Shown here piece after piece: positions 7,938 to 15,402 of a stretch of DNA of 64,000 bases (positions are counted from its first letter, which is position 1; each line of letters starts with the position of its first letter). The translations under genes were made by a program, and so were the position numbers. The stretch is from positions 248,001-312,000 of IMG/VR virus record IMGVR_UViG_3300037054_000148; one strand, 5' to 3'. Below the pieces are notes generated by a model, which worked only from the letters and a program-made list of their open reading frames with translations, did not search any database and was not told the DNA's origin.

Positions 7938-8317
7938 TGTCCAACCCTGTGTTCTGCTTCGGATCCAATCTGGCAGGAAGGCACGGGGCTGGAGCAGCCC
8001 TGTACGCTGTCCGAACCCAAGGGGCTGTGTGGGGCTGTGGAATCGGCCACCATGGGGATAGCTATGCGATTCCGACCAAGGGCTGTCATCTGGAAGTGTT
8101 GGGTCTGGAGGAGATTGGGGATTACATCACCAACTTCCTCTCTTATGCGGCTCGTCATCCAGAACTGACATTCAATGTCACCCGGATTGGATGTGGTCTC
8201 GCAGGCTATGCGGATGACCAGATGGCCCCGCTGTTCTCACCCGTGGAAAACTGTTTCTACCCTACCGAATGGAAACCTTGGCTGGGAGAGGCGGCTCACT
8301 ATCACGATCTTCACTAA
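7937..8317 (+). CDS. macro-domain-like phage protein (FGSN..G.HG.GAA family)
   Basis: VFCFGSNLAGRHGAGAA...SYAIPTK...F.VTRIGCGLAGY. Confidence 0.75.
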   Translation: MSNPVFCFGSNLAGRHGAGAALYAVRTQGAVWGCGIGHHGDSYAIPTKGCHLEVLGLEEIGDYITNFLSYAARHPELTFNVTRIGCGLAGYADDQMAPLFSPVENCFYPTEWKPWLGEAAHYHDLH

Positions 8318-8327
8318 AGGCCATCTT

Positions 8328-8444
8328 ATGTTCCCAAAAATTGTAGTAATCTGTGGCAGCAGTAGATTTGTCGATGTAATGTCGGTGATTAGCTGGTGGA
8401 TCGAGCGAGACGAGGAAAGAATCACATCTGGAATGTTTGACTAG
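8328..8444 (+). pseudogene. apparently truncated gene (KIVVICGSSRF-type N-terminus)
   Basis: 38 codons, ending abruptly at an early promoter. Confidence 0.4.
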
Positions 8445-8472
8445 CCAATTCAGCCCAATCCTGGGTATCATA
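8444..8472 (+). promoter_or_regulatory. putative early promoter
   Basis: TAGCCA-18 nt-TATCAT, followed by AAGGAG. Confidence 0.45.
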
Positions 8473-8488
8473 GGGTAAGGAGACAAGA

Positions 8489-8689
8489 ATGCAACCAATT
8501 CAAATCAACGATTCTCGTCTGGGGTTCAAGACCCCATCCATGAGTGAACTGCTCCCGCCATATGCGGAGATCCCGAAGGAATTCAAGGATTTCAACGGTC
8601 GCAACAAATGGCTTCAGACGACTACCGACTGGTTCTTCTGTGGCCTGAAGGGGGCTCAATTTGACCCCTCCTCTTTTCTGGCCATATAG
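8489..8689 (+). CDS. hypothetical protein, possibly truncated
   Basis: AAGGAG RBS; LLPPYAEIPKEF...W...WFF.GL motif. Confidence 0.55.
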   Translation: MQPIQINDSRLGFKTPSMSELLPPYAEIPKEFKDFNGRNKWLQTTTDWFFCGLKGAQFDPSSFLAI

Positions 8690-8908
8690 CCTTCGCTGTA
8701 GCCAATATTCCGTGCATACTGACCTATGCGATTTTGGATCGAGAGCGGCACCTTCTGGAGCACATTATCGAACTCCATCGTATTGGAGATCAGGTGCGAG
8801 AGCAGTTTGATAAGTTCATTAAGTGTGAGGAAAGGGCCAAACAGATGGAGGCGGAGGCCAGAAACACTCCGTTGGTCTTTGATTTCAAATCCAAAGAATA
8901 GCGATAGC

Positions 8909-8964
8909 AAAATTTCAGGCATATGGAGCCCTTAAGTAGACGGAGCCCATATGCCTGAAATTTT
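8909..8964 (+). repeat. 18-bp perfect inverted repeat that buries the ATG at 8951
   Basis: AAAATTTCAGGCATATGG (8909-8926) / CCATATGCCTGAAATTTT (8947-8964), 20-nt loop. Confidence 0.9.
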
Positions 8965-9166
8965 TCAATTAACTCTGAACCTGACCACCGCAGGGACCGA
9001 TCAGGCTCTAGCCCCCCAGGATATCGCTACGGTGCTGCAAAATGCCGCCAATTTGCTTCTGCAATACGGGTATCAGAATAACATCTTAGTGTATCAGAAT
9101 ATGGGAATGGTGGGTGATTATAAATTCAAGCCCTCTCCACCTCAAGGTAGCTCAGCACTAAACTAA
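8951..9166 (+). CDS. small hypothetical protein (paralogue A)
   Basis: FQL.L.LT.A...A.A..L..AA...L.Y...VG.Y pattern shared with 9197-9409. Confidence 0.7.
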   Translation: MPEIFQLTLNLTTAGTDQALAPQDIATVLQNAANLLLQYGYQNNILVYQNMGMVGDYKFKPSPPQGSSALN

Positions 9167-9196
9167 GCTACCAAATTCTCAGATAGGAGACCACTC

Positions 9197-9409
9197 ATGT
9201 ATACCAATTTCCAATTAAATATTTCACTCACGAACGCTGCCGGTTCAGATCTAACCACCACACAGGTGGCTGCAATTCTGACTGCCGCCGCCTCTACGGT
9301 CAGCACCAACCTCTATACGAATGAGCCATTGATCTATTCCGGCCAGTTAGTAGGCCATTACTGCTGGCAGCCCACTGGATCGGCTGGGACTCCTGGAAAT
9401 GGGGATTAA
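9197..9409 (+). CDS. small hypothetical protein (paralogue B)
   Basis: AGGAG RBS; paralogue of 8951-9166. Confidence 0.7.
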   Translation: MYTNFQLNISLTNAAGSDLTTTQVAAILTAAASTVSTNLYTNEPLIYSGQLVGHYCWQPTGSAGTPGNGD

Positions 9410-9418
9410 GGCCGTCTA

Positions 9419-9859
9419 ATGCGACTCAACGCCAAGTTGCTGTGTAAAACAGCCGATGAAGACACAAAAGAAAAACTTATCGAAAAAGATAAAAATGAAG
9501 ATTATGGAATGGAGGCCATTTTTGACTTGCATAATATCCGTAGCGAGCTTATAACAGTTGAGAGAATTAGAAGGTTTGCTTCTGACCTGTGTGATAAAAT
9601 ATCTATGGAAAAAGGACCAGCGTTTACATGGGGGACAGACTCTAATAAAGACGAAATGAAGAACCCTAAAGCTATGGGGATATCCCACTTGCAGTTTGTA
9701 CATAGTTCCTCTATTACCATGCACTGTTTAGATAAAATAGGTAAAGTTTTTATAAATATTTTTAGTTGTAAATCTTTTGACGACAAAATTGCCCGAGATT
9801 TTGTAATTAAAACTTGGGGTGGTGATATTGTCTCTGAACATGTGATCACCAGAAAATGA
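9419..9859 (+). CDS. speD: S-adenosylmethionine decarboxylase-like (pyruvoyl-dependent) proenzyme with an N-terminal leader
   Basis: YG.E.IFDL.N ... GIS.LQF.HSSSITMH ... VFINIFSCK.FD (prokaryotic AdoMetDC layout with a self-cleavage Ser). Confidence 0.8.
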   Translation: MRLNAKLLCKTADEDTKEKLIEKDKNEDYGMEAIFDLHNIRSELITVERIRRFASDLCDKISMEKGPAFTWGTDSNKDEMKNPKAMGISHLQFVHSSSITMHCLDKIGKVFINIFSCKSFDDKIARDFVIKTWGGDIVSEHVITRK

Positions 9860-10551
9860 GTAAAGACCTACCTCATCCCACTTCTGGTGTTTATAGAATA
9901 ACTAACATTATAGATGGAAAGTTTTATATTGGGTCTTCTCAGAGTATACGAGTTAGATGGAATAGGCATAAACTTTACTTGGGAAGGGGGATTCACCCCA
10001 ACCGCTATTTACAGAATGCCTGGAATCTTTATGGGGGGAGTTCATTTGAATTCTGTGTTATTACTTATTGCGAAGTTTCTTTATTAAAAGACAAAGAACA
10101 GGAACTTTTAGACAAATATTGGGATAACTGTGAAAGTTGTTATAATATATCAAAAGATGCCACATGTCCAATGCGTGGGAGGCATTTAACTGAAGAACAA
10201 CTATATAGAATGCCATTAAGGTTAAAAGGGAGAAAACAGAGTGAGGAATGGGTAGCAAATAGTGCAAAATCTCGTAATGGTTTGAAGCGGTCTGCGGCTT
10301 TTTGTGAAGCTAACTCATTACGTCAAAAGGGAATGAAGCGGCCTACAAACCATTGCAATAGTATATCTAAAGCAACAACGGGCGAGAAAAACCCTAATGC
10401 AAAAGTTACAGAAGAAATTGTAACAAGTATAAGAACTGATTATAGATTGGGAATGACATATAATCAGTTAAAAAACAAATATGACACTACTTATACTATT
10501 GCTAGAAATATCTGTTTAAATATAACCTGGAGGGGGTCTGCACATGAATAA
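9856..10551 (+). CDS. free-standing GIY-YIG homing endonuclease with NUMOD-like DNA-binding repeats
   Basis: SGVYRITN..DGKFYIGSS..IR.RW..H...L....H.N..LQ.AW; GEKNPNAK..E helix-turn-helix tail; AT-rich. Confidence 0.9.
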   Translation: MSKDLPHPTSGVYRITNIIDGKFYIGSSQSIRVRWNRHKLYLGRGIHPNRYLQNAWNLYGGSSFEFCVITYCEVSLLKDKEQELLDKYWDNCESCYNISKDATCPMRGRHLTEEQLYRMPLRLKGRKQSEEWVANSAKSRNGLKRSAAFCEANSLRQKGMKRPTNHCNSISKATTGEKNPNAKVTEEIVTSIRTDYRLGMTYNQLKNKYDTTYTIARNICLNITWRGSAHE

Positions 10552-11554
10552 ACTAGTTGGTGCCGCTATTTTTCCAACTGGCATTGGACTGTCCATTGGA
10601 GGAGATGCTTCGGCTGGTGCAGTTATCCCATTACTTGCTTCTTGTTCGAAAAAGTTAATAGTCAATCCAAATGGAGTGAATGCGAGTGACTTAGTAGCCT
10701 GGGCTGACAACGTTCTCTATGTGGAAGGATCTACGATTGATCGCTTCCTTGAGGGCTCTATTAACCTTAAAGAATGCAGAACTTACAATAAGATTCTCTG
10801 TGTGGTAAATAAGCCGATGTCCATCGCATCTCAAAATGCTGTCAATGCGGCTCGTTGGACGTTGGGTGCGGATATCGAATTGCTGGAGCTTGACACTCCA
10901 CTGCGGATGACAGCATTTATCAATCCAGACGGAACGGCTGGGGGTAAACTCTCTGGCCATCACGAGTTAGTTAAGCAGATTAAGGATGCAAATATTGATT
11001 ATGATATCCTTACGGTGCATACTCCAATTGACTGTCCGGATGAAATCGCCAATGCTTACTGGCGACAAGAGATTCTGGTCAATCCCTGGGGTCGAGTCGA
11101 AGCCTTATTAAGTAAATTTCTTTCCTTCGCACTAGACAAACAGGCTGTCCACTCTCCAGTGGAGTTCTTGGCTGACCCACTCTTTAACAGAATTGCGGTG
11201 AAACCGTCCGAGGCCGCTGAAGTAATTTCGAATACGTTTGCTTGGTGTATGTTCAAGGGAACCCACCGAGCCCCGATGATAGACCCGGATCGTAATCCTC
11301 GTAACCTATCCAATCAGGACATGGATTTTCTCATTTCTCCCTCAGACTGTTGGGGCCGACCCCATGATGCCTGCCTTCAGAACCACATTCCCATTCTAAT
11401 CGTCAAAGAAAACACCACATGTTTCAAAGATTTCAAGTATCCGATGGTGGCTCTTGAAAGTTCCAGGGTAATCTTTGTTGAAAATTACCTTGAAGCGGCT
11501 GGGATGCTGATGGCTTGGAACGCTGGAATCGACCCACGGATCATCAGGGCTTGA
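10544..11554 (+). CDS. DUF3326-like protein
   Basis: IFPTGIG.SIGG.A...L....LIVNPN.VN.....LYVEG..ID.FL N-terminus. Confidence 0.7.
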   Translation: MNKLVGAAIFPTGIGLSIGGDASAGAVIPLLASCSKKLIVNPNGVNASDLVAWADNVLYVEGSTIDRFLEGSINLKECRTYNKILCVVNKPMSIASQNAVNAARWTLGADIELLELDTPLRMTAFINPDGTAGGKLSGHHELVKQIKDANIDYDILTVHTPIDCPDEIANAYWRQEILVNPWGRVEALLSKFLSFALDKQAVHSPVEFLADPLFNRIAVKPSEAAEVISNTFAWCMFKGTHRAPMIDPDRNPRNLSNQDMDFLISPSDCWGRPHDACLQNHIPILIVKENTTCFKDFKYPMVALESSRVIFVENYLEAAGMLMAWNAGIDPRIIRA

Positions 11555-11563
11555 AACTACCTG

Positions 11564-11592
11564 TAGACAAAGCTCCCTGATCTGGGTATTAT
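11564..11592 (+). promoter_or_regulatory. sigma70-type early promoter
   Basis: TAGACA-17 nt-TATTAT. Confidence 0.6.
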
Positions 11593-11609
11593 AAATCATG
11601 GAGGGACCG

Positions 11610-11792
11610 ATGCGTTTCAAAGCTGAGATGGACACCACCACCAACCGCATGGTGTATCGTCGGGCACGGAAGCATGAATTGGAGAACAGGGGCTTGATCC
11701 ACTGCTCTTATTGCCGCTACCACAAGGGCGAGAACTCTGGCCCCTACAAGAAGCATGTCGCCAAGCCGAAGGGTCGTGACCATCGTGATTAA
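11610..11792 (+). CDS. small basic zinc-ribbon-like protein
   Basis: GGAGG RBS; CSYC.YH.GEN. Confidence 0.6.
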   Translation: MRFKAEMDTTTNRMVYRRARKHELENRGLIHCSYCRYHKGENSGPYKKHVAKPKGRDHRD

Positions 11793-11967
11793 GAATCGTC
11801 CCATCAAACACGCTGTAGTTCATGGTATGATTAGCCAGAATCCCGATTATAGTCCAGCGTTCATGAACGGGGTAGCGGCTGGAATCTTGACCTACCATCG
11901 AGAAGTGATCAAGCCTCTGGAAGAGCGCATCAAAGAGTTGGAGAGGCGGCTCAATGATAAGGACTAA
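11755..11967 (+). CDS. small coiled-coil protein
   Basis: Coupled to the next ORF; the true start may be later. Confidence 0.45.
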   Translation: MSPSRRVVTIVIKNRPIKHAVVHGMISQNPDYSPAFMNGVAAGILTYHREVIKPLEERIKELERRLNDKD

Positions 11968-12217
11968 GACCTACCATTCCCCTCGTGGAGAGGAGGTCAC
12001 TCGAACCGACTATACAGAAGAGGGGCGGCTCCACCGTGAGGATGGCCCTGCCATTATCTGTTCAGATGGTTTGGTCGCTTGGTACCGGGAGGGGCGGCTC
12101 CACCGTGAGGATGGCCCTGCCATCTGTTGTGAGGGCTACCAGGGCTGGTTCCTGAATGGCATCTGCCAACGAGCAGAATTTGCTTCAGGAACAATTTTCT
12201 CTATACAAAAAGACTGA
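11954..12217 (+). CDS. GRLHREDGPA-repeat protein
   Basis: Two LHREDGPA repeats encoded by an exact 35-nt direct repeat (12020-12054, 12089-12123). Confidence 0.7.
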   Translation: MIRTKTYHSPRGEEVTRTDYTEEGRLHREDGPAIICSDGLVAWYREGRLHREDGPAICCEGYQGWFLNGICQRAEFASGTIFSIQKD

Positions 12218-12231
12218 ATATCGGGTATACT
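12202..12231 (+). promoter_or_regulatory. putative early promoter
   Basis: TATACA-18 nt-TATACT. Confidence 0.45.
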
Positions 12232-12246
12232 AGTGTAGGGGGATTT

Positions 12247-12423
12247 ATGAAGCTCACTGCGTCCGAACTCAAAACTGCCTTCGCCAAGATGAGCCGTGTC
12301 GATCTCCAGGACGAAATTACCCATCTGGAACACATGAAGGCTGATACGCTCAGCAGGGTGGCTGGTGCGGATGTTTCCGAACTGGACTGCTGCATCAATC
12401 TCCGCAAGGAGGCTCTGAAGTAA
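12247..12423 (+). CDS. 58-aa hypothetical protein (not in the ORF track), possible partner of the RelE-like protein
   Basis: MKLTASELK...KEALK*; TAATG coupling. Confidence 0.6.
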   Translation: MKLTASELKTAFAKMSRVDLQDEITHLEHMKADTLSRVAGADVSELDCCINLRKEALK

Positions 12424-12758
12424 TGGAATACGAGGTCGGAGATCGCATCATCAAAGAGTTGAAGAAAAATCCGGCCCTCCGGAAGCCCTTCGAAGCAGTA
12501 TGTGAAAAAATCAAAACCATGACGGAGGAACAGATTCGAGTCTCACCAGGACTCGATCCCCATCCGATTGATGTAAAACCCCCCTATTGGTCTCTCAAGA
12601 TGAGCCGAGGGCAACGAGTAGTATTCGCCTTCACCGGGGGGAAAGTTTACCTTTACGACATCCCTGAATCTCACGAGAAAGCCTACCGTCAGGGCAGTGA
12701 AGCCGCTCAATTGACTGAAATGGTTCTGGCCGAACTGGAGCGCCAGTCGGTAACCTAA
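12423..12758 (+). CDS. RelE/ParE-superfamily-like protein
   Basis: KELKK...GL.PHP....YWSLK....RVVF....V.L.DI..H..Y pattern. Confidence 0.55.
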   Translation: MEYEVGDRIIKELKKNPALRKPFEAVCEKIKTMTEEQIRVSPGLDPHPIDVKPPYWSLKMSRGQRVVFAFTGGKVYLYDIPESHEKAYRQGSEAAQLTEMVLAELERQSVT

Positions 12759-12795
12759 ATCCCCACAATCAAACAACTTGCTTAAAGGAGAAGAA

Positions 12796-13176
12796 ATGCA
12801 TCAGCCGAATCTGTTTGCCTGCATCTGTGACGCGACCGAAGAGGTTCCGGTCGGCACTGAGGGATCCCAGAATGTGGAGTTCTTCGGAGTCCGCACCGAC
12901 CGAACCAAGGTCACTGCCGAAGAGGTGCGTGGCCTGATCCAGAACCACATCGGTGAGTTCGATCAGTGCAACCCCTTCGACGGAGAGGAGCACTCCTACA
13001 TCGAACTCGGGGGTTTCGTGGGCGACCAGGAAGGTGCGCTGCGCCTCATGGCCATGGGGGCTGAACTGGGTCTCTGGACCCTTCTGACCCCCACCAGCCT
13101 CATGCCGTTCCTGCCGGAAGAGCTTCGTATGCAGATGGCCGGTGCCGGTTTCGTCTGCATCAAGGCGGGGGTCTGA
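12796..13176 (+). CDS. hypothetical phage protein
   Basis: AAGGAG RBS; GC-rich codon usage. Confidence 0.7.
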   Translation: MHQPNLFACICDATEEVPVGTEGSQNVEFFGVRTDRTKVTAEEVRGLIQNHIGEFDQCNPFDGEEHSYIELGGFVGDQEGALRLMAMGAELGLWTLLTPTSLMPFLPEELRMQMAGAGFVCIKAGV

Positions 13177-13177
13177 G

Positions 13178-13348
13178 ATGTGGAAAGGTCTGCAACAGTT
13201 CGTCTTCACCCCCTTCGCCAGCGTCTACACGATCCTTGTGGCGAGTGTGGTCCTCTGTGCTCTTCATGACCACTGCTATCTTGCGGCTGCACTGATCCTG
13301 GTTGTCGGAGGGGTCGTTGGAGCCCTCCTTGAGCCCAAGCATGAATAA
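13178..13348 (+). CDS. small 2-TM membrane protein
   Basis: Two hydrophobic helices. Confidence 0.55.
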   Translation: MWKGLQQFVFTPFASVYTILVASVVLCALHDHCYLAAALILVVGGVVGALLEPKHE

Positions 13349-13529
13349 TTTGGATCTCATCGCTAGGCTCAGGGCCGAGCTAAGCTGGGCCGTTGCTCGT
13401 AAGGCTGACAATCCAGCCGTGCAGGCCATGCTAGAAATGCGGAAGGCTGAGGATCCCACTTTCGTCAACCCTCTCGTTACCGATCAGAACATCAGGGAAC
13501 TTCTTTTCGATCTAAGGAGCGTCAGATGA
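13341..13529 (+). CDS. hypothetical protein
   Basis: Coupled on both sides. Confidence 0.5.
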   Translation: MNNLDLIARLRAELSWAVARKADNPAVQAMLEMRKAEDPTFVNPLVTDQNIRELLFDLRSVR

Positions 13530-13945
13530 TCAACCTTGCAAGGCATTTTGACCGTGAACACCCCGTGGCTGACCCAGAGGTTCAGGAGACCGTCAGGGCT
13601 GAACTGACGGAGGCGGGAGTCAAGATAGAGGAGCACGAGTTCCTGCTCGATAGTTGCGGGGAAGTCCCCACCTCTATTATGGGAGTGGCGTGTCACTGGA
13701 GTTTCAGACGGGCGTGGTACTACTGGGTCGCCAAGGGGCCTGGAATCCCCGTGGAGTGGGCCGAGGATTTCAACAAGCGATGGGGGAAGGAAGTAAGGGC
13801 AGAGGGAGATTGTGGATGCCGTGGGCCACTGTTCTGGAACGAGGGCTTTGGGACGGGAAATTACCACATCGATTCCCAAGCCGGTCTGAGTGCTTTTGTA
13901 GAACTTTTGAAGCTGATTCACGTTCCCAGGAAAAAAGAAGACTGA
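13526..13945 (+). CDS. hypothetical phage protein
   Basis: 139 aa; WSFRRAWYYWV motif. Confidence 0.7.
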   Translation: MINLARHFDREHPVADPEVQETVRAELTEAGVKIEEHEFLLDSCGEVPTSIMGVACHWSFRRAWYYWVAKGPGIPVEWAEDFNKRWGKEVRAEGDCGCRGPLFWNEGFGTGNYHIDSQAGLSAFVELLKLIHVPRKKED

Positions 13946-13982
13946 GGATTCGAAATATCGAGTATCATCTATACAGAGCACT

Positions 13983-14057
13983 GCGGGTATGATGTAATGG
14001 TCAGCCTGAAACCTTGCCATGGTTTACGAAGGAGTTCGATTCTCCTTACCCGCTCCA
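13983..14057 (+). tRNA. tRNA-Gly(GCC)
   Basis: GCGGGTA/TACCCGC acceptor, AAACC-TTGCCAT-GGTTT anticodon arm, GTTCGATT T-loop, encoded CCA. Confidence 0.9.
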
Positions 14058-14076
14058 GTTCCAGATCTTTCTCATT

Positions 14077-14192
14077 TAGACTCTAACAGCACCACCTATC
14101 TCAAACTGCGATTTGTGGGTTCGATTCCCACCTCTGCGCCTTGCGCGGAGTGGCCAAACTGGAAAAGGCAGCAGTCCCGAAATACGAGTCTA
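14077..14192 (+). tRNA. circularly permuted tRNA-like gene (3' half 14099-14140 before 5' half 14143-14176); identity ambiguous
   Basis: Acceptor CGCGGAG/CTCTGCG and anticodon stem GCAGT/ACTGC pair between the halves; intact D and T arms; flanks TAGACTC/GAGTCTA pair. Confidence 0.7.
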
Positions 14193-14201
14193 GTTTTATA
14201 T

Positions 14202-14277
14202 ATCCGGATGCCTGGAGTGGTATCAGGTCTCTGTCACATGGAGAAACACGTGGGTTCAAATCCCACTCCGGATACCA
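14202..14277 (+). tRNA. tRNA-Val(CAC)
   Basis: ATCCGGA/TCCGGAT acceptor, TCTCT-GTCACAT-GGAGA arm, GTTCAAAT T-loop, CCA; G32 is atypical. Confidence 0.75.
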
Positions 14278-14278
14278 T

Positions 14279-14354
14279 GCACCCGTAACTCAGCGGACAG
14301 AGTGGTTGGCTTCGAACCAACTGGTCGGGGGTTCGATCCCCTCCGGGTGTACCA
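14279..14354 (+). tRNA. tRNA-Arg(UCG)
   Basis: GTTGG-CTTCGAA-CCAAC anticodon arm, canonical cloverleaf, CCA. Confidence 0.9.
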
Positions 14355-14357
14355 AAT

Positions 14358-14432
14358 GCCCAAGTAGTGATAACGGTAGCACGAAGGTTTCGTACTCCTT
14401 CAGAGACGGTTCGATTCCGTTCTTGGGCTCCA
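14358..14432 (+). tRNA. tRNA-Thr(CGU)
   Basis: GCCCAAG/CTTGGGC acceptor, AAGGT-TTCGTAC-TCCTT arm (U31:U39 mismatch), CCA. Confidence 0.75.
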
Positions 14433-14448
14433 TTTAAAGGATCAACGC

Positions 14449-14703
14449 ATGAGTCAAGAGGATAAGCATCAGCACATCATCCAGCGTCTCACCTGTCTTA
14501 AGGACTCTTCATTGATCCAGACGGGAATGACGCTGGATTTGTATCAGCGAGAGGGGACGGATCGAAGTGTCTTCTTTGTCAAGATCCCGGCTCTGGCTGA
14601 TCAACTTTTCGAGGTGTTCGACAACCATCATGGTTTTTCCTTTGAAGAATGTCGAGCATACATTCGAATTGTGCTAGGTATTAAGGAGCAGCCCTTTGAC
14701 TAA
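14449..14703 (+). CDS. hypothetical protein
   Basis: AAGGA RBS. Confidence 0.6.
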   Translation: MSQEDKHQHIIQRLTCLKDSSLIQTGMTLDLYQREGTDRSVFFVKIPALADQLFEVFDNHHGFSFEECRAYIRIVLGIKEQPFD

Positions 14704-15091
14704 ACAAATGATTGTAATGCGAAAAGATCTCAATATGCGTAAGGGCAAGATGGTGGCTCAGGGGGCTCATGCCTCTGTGGCTGTTTTGCTAAACGCCGGA
14801 GAGTTCGGTGGCGATGGTCCCGTTGATTTTACCCTTCATTTCGAAACTGAAGATGATCCACTTTACTGTTGGATAAGGGGGTTATTCACCAAAATTTGTG
14901 TTTCCGTAGACTCCGAGGAAGAGCTTATGGAAGTATACGGCAAAGCTAAAGAAGCAGGCTTGCTCTGCACTCTCATAACCGACTGTGGTCTGACCGAGTT
15001 CAACGGAGTGCCAACCAAAACTTGCTGTGCGATAGGACCGGCCACTGATGAACAACTTCAGCCAATCACCGGACACCTCAAACTTCTGTAA
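14696..15091 (+). CDS. pth2: peptidyl-tRNA hydrolase type 2
   Basis: IVMRKDL.M..GK..AQ.AHAS...KI...V.SE.EL...I.D.G.TE...T.T..AIGP. Confidence 0.92.
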   Translation: MTKQMIVMRKDLNMRKGKMVAQGAHASVAVLLNAGEFGGDGPVDFTLHFETEDDPLYCWIRGLFTKICVSVDSEEELMEVYGKAKEAGLLCTLITDCGLTEFNGVPTKTCCAIGPATDEQLQPITGHLKLL

Positions 15092-15096
15092 TAAAT

Positions 15097-15120
15097 GACT
15101 ATCTGATTCCTCTTCAGAGG
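15097..15120 (+). promoter_or_regulatory. putative late promoter motif with RBS hairpin
   Basis: GACTAT-N13-AGAGG; TTCCTC/GAGGAA stem. Confidence 0.45.
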
Positions 15121-15127
15121 AACCACG

Positions 15128-15391
15128 ATGTCCACACAAGCCTATATCTTCAATGAGTATATCTACGTTGGTGGTGAGCAGGCAGATAACAGCCAGCCTG
15201 CCGCCATTTTTATGTCTACTGGGGACTATGGGAGCTACGACAACTCTTCTCTCAAGTTTTCCCTCTACCCGTCCGCTGGGGCCTATGGGGTCATCCTGTA
15301 CGTGCCGTTGCCGGTTGTCGCCTCCATGGTCAGCACTGGAGTCATCGGCACCACTGCGGGGCTCACAGGCAGCCTACCGACCCCTCATTAA
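15128..15391 (+). CDS. small hypothetical protein (composition like a structural protein)
   Basis: GAGG RBS; rich in S/T/G/Y. Confidence 0.6.
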   Translation: MSTQAYIFNEYIYVGGEQADNSQPAAIFMSTGDYGSYDNSSLKFSLYPSAGAYGVILYVPLPVVASMVSTGVIGTTAGLTGSLPTPH

Positions 15392-15402
15392 GGCTAGTTC
15401 AG

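Noticed and set aside
8656-8922. Minus-strand ORF starting MPEILL as a duplicate of the 8951 gene
   Set aside because: The shared start is only the mirror arm of the 18-bp inverted repeat; the rest of the sequence is unrelated.
5462-12217. Diversity-generating retroelement template/variable repeats
   Set aside because: The repeats are intragenic and either exact or not adenine-specific, and no reverse transcriptase is present in the window.
14019-14437. ORFs 14019-14288 and 14141-14437
   Set aside because: They overlap the tRNA cluster and are chance frames.
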